Below, in pieces: positions 16,206 through 22,831 of a stretch of DNA of 24,000 nucleotides (position 1 is its first letter; each line of letters starts with the position of its first letter). Source of the DNA: Nitrospirillum sp. BR 11828 (lineage in GTDB: Bacteria > Pseudomonadota > Alphaproteobacteria > Azospirillales > Azospirillaceae). The DNA lies in the NCBI RefSeq assembly GCF_034427435.1, contig NZ_JAXQNP010000003.1, positions 458,268 to 482,267 on the forward strand. Direction: 5' to 3'. Under the pieces are notes generated by a model. It was given only the letters and a program-made list of their open reading frames with translations, was not told the origin of the DNA and did not search any database. Made by a program: the position numbers and the translations under genes.

Positions 16206-18299
16206 CTACCAATTCACCCGCACCCCGCCTGAGATGATCCGGCCCGGTGCGATCGCCACCAAGCCATCGACGCGGCGCCCTGATTCCACCGTGCGGTCGA
16301 ACAGGTTCTCCGCCGTGGCGAACACCTCCAGAGACTCCCGCACCCGCCAGGCCGCCGACAGGTCCACGGTGACCGTGGGCGCCAGCGGGCGCGTATTCAG
16401 CCCGTCCTCATACTGCTGACCGCTGGCCTTCACCCGCAGGGCCGTGGTGACGGCCGCCACCGGCGTCCAGGTCAGGTCCGCCGTGCCGGTGTGCAGCGGA
16501 CTCTGCGACAACCGCTTGCCCACCAGGGCCGGCAGGCCATCGGCGCGCAGCACGGTGGATCGGCTCCACAGATATCCCAGGCCGGCGTCCAGCGTGGGGT
16601 CCAGGGCCCAGGTCGCCCGCATCTCCACCCCCTCGGCCCGCACGCGGTCCAGGTTGCGGCGCTGGGCGAAGGTGCCGCCGACGGGCACCACCACGCCGAA
16701 GCCCGGCACGGTGCCCGGCCGATCGGTGATCTGCACATTGTCGACGGCGTCGGTCACGCCATCATGATAGGCGGTCAGGCTGACGGTCGGCCCTTTTGCC
16801 GGTGCCCAGGTCACCCCGGCCTCCGCCCCCACCAGGCGTTCCGGCTTCAGCCGTGCGTTGGCCTCGACGATATCGTTGCCGACGCGATAGGGGCGGTACA
16901 GCTCATTGATGGTGGGCAGGCGGAAGCCGGTGTAGGCAGCGGCGCGCAGGGTCCAGTCGCCCGGCTTGCCGAACAGCTCGGGCCGCCAGTCGGCCCCCAG
17001 CCGCGCCGTGGGCAGGGCGCCGCCCCGGTCATCGTAATGATCGTTCCGGGTCAAGGCGCCGGCTTGGCCCCCTGTCTGCACCAAGGACCGCTCCACCCGG
17101 TGGCCGTCGCCCGTGGTCCAGCCATCGAGGCGCACGCCGCCATGCAGGTCGATGGTCTCCGTCAGCGGCCAGGTCTGCTCGGCATAGACGCCGCCCACCA
17201 CCTGGTCGCCGCCGGCATCGCGGTCGCGCTGGAACACGCCGGCCACGGGCTGGAAGCGCTCATGCGTCGCCCCCTCGGCCCAGCGAAGGTCGGCGCCCAG
17301 CACGGTGCGGCGTCCTCCGCTCTCCTCCACCGTGGTGGACAGGGACCCGCCGGCGGCTGTGGCCGGCACGCGGTACTGGTCCAGGGCCGGCGTTTCCGCC
17401 GTGCGGCTGGCGTTGACGGAGGAGAAGCGATTCTTGAAGACGTAGCGCCGCAGGTACAGCGTGCCGTGCCAGGGCAGGCCCAGGGGGCCGTCGGCGGCGC
17501 TGAAGCGCAGGCTGCCCTCCAGCGCATCGGTGCCGTTCTCCTGGAAGGGCGTGCCGTTGCCGCGATGCTCATGGAAGGCGGAGACGGTCCCGGCCAAGGC
17601 CAGGGGCCCGGCCTCCCCTTGCGCCTTCACATCCACCCAGGCGTCGTCCCAGCCGGCCTGGGTGTCGATGGGGCCGCGCTGGTCGGAGCGCACCAGATAG
17701 CTGCCATCGCTGCGGCTGGCGTGCGCCAGGATGGAGACGCCGCCAGCGGCGGCACCGGCCGTGCCCTCCACCAGGCCATTGCTGCCGGCGCGAACCTCGC
17801 CCCCCTCCAGCGGCTTGGTCGTGATGCGGATGACGCCGTCCAGCGCCTGGTTGCCCCAGGGACCGGCGCCGCTGCCCTCCGTTACCGCCACGCTGGCGAT
17901 GGCGGCGGTGGGCAGGCGGCTCCAATACACCCAGCCACCGAAGGGATCGTTGACCGGGATATCATCGACCAGCACCAGGGTGCGGCCGGCGCCATTGGGG
18001 CCCAGGGCGCGCAATGACACTCCCTGGGCGGTCGGGTGCGCGCTGGTGCTGCCGGTGCGGCGGAACAGGGAAAAGCCGGGCACGCTGCGCAAGGCCTCAT
18101 CCAGTCGCCTTTCCGGCGCCGCGTCCAGCCAGGGCCCATCCAGTTGCACGGTGCCATAGATGCGTTCGGTGGCCGCGTCGGGCGGCACGCGCCCCGTGAT
18201 GATGATGGTGGGCAGTTGATCCACCTCCCCCGCCGCCCACGCCACCGTCGGCAGCCAGGCCATCGCCAGCGCCATCCCCGCCCGCCTCATGATACGCAT
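16206..18299 (-). CDS. TonB-dependent outer-membrane receptor
   Basis: Start taken at MRIMRRAGMALAMAWLPTVAWAAGE (signal peptide). TonB-box-like LPTIIITG. Plug motifs LDEALRSVPGFSLFRR and GVSLRALGPNGAGRTLVLVDDIPVNDPFGGWVYW. A long beta-barrel ends ...ISGGVRVNW. The upstream extension of ORF 16206..18437 was rejected. Confidence 0.9.
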   Translation of the reverse strand: MRIMRRAGMALAMAWLPTVAWAAGEVDQLPTIIITGRVPPDAATERIYGTVQLDGPWLDAAPERRLDEALRSVPGFSLFRRTGSTSAHPTAQGVSLRALGPNGAGRTLVLVDDIPVNDPFGGWVYWSRLPTAAIASVAVTEGSGAGPWGNQALDGVIRITTKPLEGGEVRAGSNGLVEGTAGAAAGGVSILAHASRSDGSYLVRSDQRGPIDTQAGWDDAWVDVKAQGEAGPLALAGTVSAFHEHRGNGTPFQENGTDALEGSLRFSAADGPLGLPWHGTLYLRRYVFKNRFSSVNASRTAETPALDQYRVPATAAGGSLSTTVEESGGRRTVLGADLRWAEGATHERFQPVAGVFQRDRDAGGDQVVGGVYAEQTWPLTETIDLHGGVRLDGWTTGDGHRVERSLVQTGGQAGALTRNDHYDDRGGALPTARLGADWRPELFGKPGDWTLRAAAYTGFRLPTINELYRPYRVGNDIVEANARLKPERLVGAEAGVTWAPAKGPTVSLTAYHDGVTDAVDNVQITDRPGTVPGFGVVVPVGGTFAQRRNLDRVRAEGVEMRATWALDPTLDAGLGYLWSRSTVLRADGLPALVGKRLSQSPLHTGTADLTWTPVAAVTTALRVKASGQQYEDGLNTRPLAPTVTVDLSAAWRVRESLEVFATAENLFDRTVESGRRVDGLVAIAPGRIISGGVRVNW

Positions 18300-18435
18300 C
18301 CTCCCCCCATGCCTTATTTTATGCCGGCCGCCGTACCAGGCACCCCCGTTTCCCGTGGCCGGTGTCCGGTGTCCCGTGCCGGTTCTGGTCTGGACGCCCC
18401 TTGACTTCACCCCGCCGGTTGGCGTCCAAAACGCC

Positions 18436-19374
18436 ATGGCACCTTATCATGTTCCCGATGCCGCCCCGGGCGATACTTTAGAACCATTCCAAGATGGTTC
18501 GGCCGGTCAACCGTTGCCGCCCAGCCTGGCGGCCGCGGCCGTGACCGTGCTGACCACGGCCGCCCCGATGGAGAAGGTGCGGCTGACGCAAGCCTACGCC
18601 GCGGCCTGGCGCGCCGGCCTGCTGCCCGACCGCCCCAGCGATCTGGCCCCTCCGGACCGGCCGGCGCGGCCCGCGCGCCCGGAACTGAAGCTGCCGCGCG
18701 ACATGCCCAAGCGGCGCAAGGCCGGCAGCGTGGCGGGACGGGTGGCCCTGCTGCACGCCCTGGCCCATATCGAGCTGAACGCCATCGACCTCGCCTGGGA
18801 CATTGTCGCCCGCTTCCCCACCTTCCCCGACGGCACCCCCGCCCCCCGCGCCTTCAAGGATGATTGGGTGAAGGTCGCGGATGAGGAGGCCAAGCACCAC
18901 GCCCTGCTGGCCCGGCGTCTGGCCGCCCTGGACGCCGCCTATGGCGACCTGCCGGCGCATGACGGGCTGTGGCAGGCCAGCGAGGTCACGGCCCACGACC
19001 TGGCCGCCCGCCTGGCCCTGGTGCCCATGGTGCTGGAGGCGCGCGGACTGGACGTCACCCCCATGATGATCGCCAACCTGAAGAAGGTGGGCGACGAGGA
19101 TAGCGCCGCCATCCTGCAAATCATCCATGATGAGGAAATCGGCCATGTCGCCGCCGGCCGCCACTGGTTCGGCGTGATCGCGGCGGCGGCCGGCGGCGCC
19201 CCGGCGGAGCATTGGCGCGCCCTGGTGCGCCAGTACTTCAAGGGCGACATCAAGCGCCCCTTCAACGACGTCAGCCGCGCCAAGGCCAACTTCCCGCCGG
19301 ACTGGTATGAGCCGCTGGCGCCGGTGGAAACCATCCTGTCCAGGCGGGAATCCGAAATGGAAAGGCCGGACTGA
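18436..19374 (+). CDS. DUF455-family ferritin-like (di-iron) protein
   Basis: From the ATG at 18436. Motifs LLHALAHIELNAIDLAWD, EEAKHH, VLEARGLDVTP and IHDEEIGHVAAG give two ExxH motifs in a four-helix-bundle pattern. The N-terminal helix SLAAAAVTVLTTAAPMEKVRLTQAYAAAWRAG is family-typical, so the start must lie upstream of it. Confidence 0.8.
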   Translation: MAPYHVPDAAPGDTLEPFQDGSAGQPLPPSLAAAAVTVLTTAAPMEKVRLTQAYAAAWRAGLLPDRPSDLAPPDRPARPARPELKLPRDMPKRRKAGSVAGRVALLHALAHIELNAIDLAWDIVARFPTFPDGTPAPRAFKDDWVKVADEEAKHHALLARRLAALDAAYGDLPAHDGLWQASEVTAHDLAARLALVPMVLEARGLDVTPMMIANLKKVGDEDSAAILQIIHDEEIGHVAAGRHWFGVIAAAAGGAPAEHWRALVRQYFKGDIKRPFNDVSRAKANFPPDWYEPLAPVETILSRRESEMERPD

Positions 19375-19517
19375 TCCGCCCGGTTACCGTTAGGTAACAA
19401 ACTGATCTTGGGCCCGTCGCCCCGCCCTTGCTACCATCCGCGCCAACCGGCCGCCCCCGCGCGGTGTCCTTCCTTCTCCGCTGCCCCGCCAGCCCTGACC
19501 ATGGTACCCGAACGCCC

Positions 19518-21380
19518 ATGACCGCCTCTTCCTCCGGTGAAACGATGTCCCGCCGTACCCTGCTGCGCCGCGGCCTGATGGCCGGCACCGCCCTGGTCGC
19601 CCTGACCGCCCTGCCCGGTCTGGCGAGCCAGCCCGCCGTGGCGGCGGAGCCATCGGCGACGGAGAAGGCGTTGAACGCCTTCTTCGAGGATTGCTGGAAT
19701 GAGGACCTGGCCCGCGACCCGCAGCAGCGCACCGTCCTGGGCCTGCCGGGCCCGCATGACAAGTGGACCATCCCGGACGACGCCCGCCTGCTGGAGAATT
19801 TCCACCTGGCCGAACAGCGCTTGAAAACCCTGAAGGGCTTCAAGGAGGCGGACCTGTCGCCCAGCGCGCTGGTCAGCAAGCAGCTGTTCGAGAATGAGCT
19901 GCAGCAGACCATCACCCAGTACCCCTGGCGCAACCACAGCTATGTGATCAGCCAGTTGACCGGCCCGCACACCGATATCGCCAGCTTCCTGATCACCTAC
20001 CACGCCGTGGGCAGCGTGCAGGACGCGGAGGATTACGTGGCCCGCCTGGTGGGCATCGCCCCGCTGATGGATGCCTATCTGGGGCGCATCGCCAAGCAGG
20101 CGGACATGGGCGTCCTGCCGCCGGCCTTCGCCTTCAAATCCATCCTGGAGGCGGCGCGCAACGTCATCACCGGCAAGCCCTTCACATCCAACGCCACCGA
20201 AACCAGCCCGCTGCTGGCCGACTTCACCGAGAAGGTGACGGCGCTGAAGCTGCCCGACGCGGATCAGGCCCGCCTGCTCACCGCGGCGGAAAAGGCCCTG
20301 ACCGGTCAGGTCCAGGCCTCCTTCCAGAAGCTGATCGGCACCGTGTCGGCGCTGGAGACCAAGGCGACCGCCAGCAATGGCGTCTGGGCCCTGCCGGATG
20401 GCGAGCGCTTCTACCGCGCCCAGGTGCAGTTGATGACCACCCTGCCCCTGGACCCGGCGGCCGTGCATACGCAGGGGCTGAAGGAGGTGGCGGCGCTGCA
20501 GGATGAGATGCGCGGCATCATGGCCAAGGTGGGCTTCAAGGGCGACCTGCGCGCCTTCTTCGACTATCTGCGCACCGACAAGCGCTTCTATGACCCGGCC
20601 ACGCCCGAGGGCCGCGCCGCCTACCTGAAGCGGTCCAGCGACATCATCGACCGCATGCGCTCCGACCTGGACCGGTTCTTCCTGACCAAGCCCAAGGCCC
20701 CCATCGTGGTGAAGGCGGTGGAGCCTTTCCGGGAAAAGGCCACGGCCAGCGCGTTCTACGAGCCGGCCTCCCCCGACGGGTCGCGGCCCGGCGTGTTTTA
20801 CGCCAACCTGTACGACATGTCGGTCAACCCCATCCCCATGCTGGAAAGCCTTTGCTATCACGAAGGCATTCCCGGCCATCACATGCAGATCGCCATCGCG
20901 CAGGAGATGGCCAACCTGCCGACCTTCCGCCGCTTCATCTGGAACAGCGCCTATGGCGAGGGCTGGGCGCTGTATGCCGAGCGCTTCCCCAAGGAATACG
21001 GCTATTACCAGGACCCGTACTCGGACGCCGGCCGCATCGCCTCGGAACTGTTCCGCGCCGCCCGACTGGTGCTGGACACCGGCATCCACCTGAAGCGGTG
21101 GACGCGCGAACAGGCCATCACCTACATGAACGAGAACACGGCCAACCCCGAGCACGACAACATCACCGAGATCGAGCGCTACTTCGTCTGGCCGGGCCAG
21201 GCCCTGGCCTACAAGATCGGCATGAACAAGATCCTGGAACTGCGCGAGGCCGCCAAGGCCAAGTTGGGCGCGAAGTTCGACATCCGCGCCTTCCACGACA
21301 CGGTGCTGACCTCGGGATCGGTCAACCTGCCGGTCCTGGAAGTCCTGGTGCAGGACTGGGTGAAGCGGACGGCGGCCTGA
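19518..21380 (+). CDS. DUF885-family protein, paralogue of 9718..11475, with a twin-arginine (Tat) signal
   Basis: MTASSSGETMSRRTLLRRGLMAGTALVALTALPGLASQPAVAA carries an SRRxLLRRG Tat motif. An alternative start is the ATG at 19545. Motifs HEGIPGHHMQ, EGWALYAE and ERYFVWPGQALAYKIG match the other DUF885 gene. Confidence 0.85.
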   Translation: MTASSSGETMSRRTLLRRGLMAGTALVALTALPGLASQPAVAAEPSATEKALNAFFEDCWNEDLARDPQQRTVLGLPGPHDKWTIPDDARLLENFHLAEQRLKTLKGFKEADLSPSALVSKQLFENELQQTITQYPWRNHSYVISQLTGPHTDIASFLITYHAVGSVQDAEDYVARLVGIAPLMDAYLGRIAKQADMGVLPPAFAFKSILEAARNVITGKPFTSNATETSPLLADFTEKVTALKLPDADQARLLTAAEKALTGQVQASFQKLIGTVSALETKATASNGVWALPDGERFYRAQVQLMTTLPLDPAAVHTQGLKEVAALQDEMRGIMAKVGFKGDLRAFFDYLRTDKRFYDPATPEGRAAYLKRSSDIIDRMRSDLDRFFLTKPKAPIVVKAVEPFREKATASAFYEPASPDGSRPGVFYANLYDMSVNPIPMLESLCYHEGIPGHHMQIAIAQEMANLPTFRRFIWNSAYGEGWALYAERFPKEYGYYQDPYSDAGRIASELFRAARLVLDTGIHLKRWTREQAITYMNENTANPEHDNITEIERYFVWPGQALAYKIGMNKILELREAAKAKLGAKFDIRAFHDTVLTSGSVNLPVLEVLVQDWVKRTAA

Positions 21381-21391
21381 TTTGCGGCCAA

Positions 21392-21421
21392 GGCGGCGCC
21401 CATGCCAGGCACGGCGCCGCC
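21392..21421 (+). terminator. GC-rich stem-loop just after the DUF885 stop (terminator-like, no U-tail)
   Basis: Perfect 9-bp inverted repeat GGCGGCGCC (21392-21400) / GGCGCCGCC (21413-21421) with a 12-nt loop. It is followed by AGCGCC, so it is not a canonical intrinsic terminator. Confidence 0.35.
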
Positions 21422-21574
21422 AGCGCCATAACGGGTATGCGTTATATTATCACATAAATCTGTGGCCGTCGGCGACAGGTCCGGGCAGGGTGCCGCGTAT
21501 CAACGGTCAAAGGGCAGCCCAACCCAAAGTGGCGCCCGTCCGAACGAGAGCTTTGGCAGTTCACGTGTGTGCGG

Positions 21575-21604
21575 GGGCGGCGTCCTGGAGGATGCCGCCC
21601 TTTT
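21575..21604 (+). terminator. Strong rho-independent terminator with no CDS directly upstream
   Basis: 11-bp stem GGGCGGCGTCC (21575-21585) / GGATGCCGCCC (21590-21600) with one G-T pair, loop TGGA, then TTTT (21601-21604). The minus-strand side has no T-run, so it is oriented on the plus strand. Confidence 0.65.
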
Positions 21605-21737
21605 CGCGTCCCTGAAGGGGCCGCGGGCGCCTGTCAACCGGCCCTAGAATAGATCTTCCCGCGCGGGCGTTTACGCCCAGGCCAATTGCACGCTATCATG
21701 GCAATACCAGGGAGAGGACGACGCTGGACGGCCATAG

Positions 21738-22583
21738 ATGAAGCTGCATGCCATACTGATCACCCGCAATGACGACCTCATCATTGGGGACTGGCTGCGG
21801 CGGCATCACGGTTTTTTCGACACCATCGCCGTGGTCGATGGCTCCGATGGTTCCTACACTCGTACTCTGTGCGCCGACTATGCCAACGTCCGCTATGACC
21901 GCGACCCGCCCGGCCCAATCACCGATCAGACCCTGCGGCATCGCGGGTACGAAATGCTGCGGGACGCGGTGGCGGAGGGGGACTGGTTCTTCACCGCCCA
22001 CCCCGACGAGTTCCTGATCCACGACCCGCGATCCTTCCTATCCCTACAGGCCAGTGTGATGATGTGGCTGCCGCTGCACATCCTGCCCCACACGACGGAA
22101 ATCGAGGCGTGGCGCGCGGCCGAGGGCCGGAACCCGACGACCCTGTTCCGCTATTTCTGGTGGCGGCGCGGGGCCGTGCCCCATTGCGAATATCGCATGT
22201 GGAAATTGGTGCGTGAGCCGGTGTGGGACCTGGTCAGCACCACGCCCAGCACGACGGTGATCCCCATGAACTACATGGGGGATGCCATCCCCACGCTGGT
22301 GCCAATCTACCTGCACTACAAATGCTACAATCCCTGTCCGGATCTGTACGAGGCGGACGGGCGCCTGAAGAAGTCCAACCTGAATACGGGCATGCCCACC
22401 TCCGGCCAGGGGGAATACTTTTTCGACGAGGCCCACCCCTATGTGGAACAGGGCGTGGCCTGGCACGTCGCCCGCTTTACCACGCCCGAGGATCTCCTGG
22501 CCCGCTTCGGCCACCCGCCCCGCCTGGTTCAGGCGGGGGACGAGCTGACGATGGTGAACAACGAGGGTGTGATCGTCCACTAA
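21738..22583 (+). CDS. GT-A-fold glycosyltransferase-like protein (family 2/92-like)
   Basis: 281 aa. The N-terminus is MKLHAILITRNDDLIIGDWLRRHHGFFDTIAVVDGSDGSYT, a beta-strand followed by a VVDxGSxDxT-type motif. It is followed by WFFTAHPDEFLI in the place of the DxD(EF) motif. An in-frame TAG immediately precedes the ATG. The family assignment comes from motif memory only. Confidence 0.6.
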   Translation: MKLHAILITRNDDLIIGDWLRRHHGFFDTIAVVDGSDGSYTRTLCADYANVRYDRDPPGPITDQTLRHRGYEMLRDAVAEGDWFFTAHPDEFLIHDPRSFLSLQASVMMWLPLHILPHTTEIEAWRAAEGRNPTTLFRYFWWRRGAVPHCEYRMWKLVREPVWDLVSTTPSTTVIPMNYMGDAIPTLVPIYLHYKCYNPCPDLYEADGRLKKSNLNTGMPTSGQGEYFFDEAHPYVEQGVAWHVARFTTPEDLLARFGHPPRLVQAGDELTMVNNEGVIVH

Positions 22584-22619
22584 CGACGGTCTTCTATCCC
22601 ATTCCGCCTCTCCATCGAG

Positions 22620-22636
22620 CCCGGTTCGGAACCGGG
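22620..22636 (+). terminator. Short palindromic hairpin after the glycosyltransferase gene (weak terminator candidate)
   Basis: CCCGGTTCGGAACCGGG lies 37 nt after the stop codon. No T-run follows. Confidence 0.25.
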
Positions 22637-22680
22637 CCTGCGCTTGCGCGCCTGGGCGCTGACTGACAGGACAGGAACTC

Positions 22681-22774
22681 TATAATTAGAGTACTGCGGC
22701 GCCAGAATTGATATAATAAAAATTGGCACGGCAGCCCAATATTTACTCCAAGAATATTGAAAAATATTGGCGCC
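22681..22774. promoter_or_regulatory. AT-rich control region with TATAAT hexamers, three AATATT motifs and nested inverted repeats
   Basis: TATAAT at 22681-22686 and 22712-22717. AATATT at 22738-22743, 22753-22758 and 22763-22768. Perfect inverted repeat CCAATATT (22736-22743) / AATATTGG (22763-22770). Outer imperfect inverted repeat GGCGCCAGAATT (22698-22709) / AATATTGGCGCC (22763-22774), 10 of 12 positions. Confidence 0.35.
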
Positions 22775-22831
22775 GCCCGGCTTTATCGCGCGCAGGCGCG
22801 TAAGAATTAATTAGAATCATAGGCGGTTGGA

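Noticed and set aside
18300-18435. Cobalamin riboswitch in the TonB-receptor leader. The minus strand contains GGTGCC, GGTGAAGTC and GCCACGGGAAAC, which loosely recall B12-element pieces.
   Set aside because: The core CCCGC.ACTGT segment and the B12 box (AGYCMGGAGACCTGCC-like) are not present, and the two GGTGCC copies are not complementary as a closing helix would need. Only a covariance-model search could settle it, so it is kept only as a generic structured leader.
19431-21296. 621-aa minus-strand ORF antisense to the Tat-DUF885 gene. The same applies to 10378..11610 opposite the first DUF885 gene, 12078..13691 opposite chrA, and 16491..18017 opposite the TonB receptor.
   Set aside because: These have the same high-GC antisense artefact. 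Their translations are G/R/A/Q-rich with no domain pattern, while the opposite strands carry unmistakable family motifs.
21470-21530. SRP (4.5S) RNA-like string AGGTCCGGGCAGGG...GGGCAGCCCAA
   Set aside because: The GGAA tetraloop and the symmetric-loop sequence AGGUCCGGAAGGAAGCAGCC are not present, and an insertion breaks the motif.
22724-22739. TGGCACGGCAGCCCAA, a second sigma-54-like -24 element, upstream of the membrane-protein gene
   Set aside because: TGGCACG is exact, but the -12 position reads CCCA instead of TTGC, so no GC dinucleotide sits at the required spacing.
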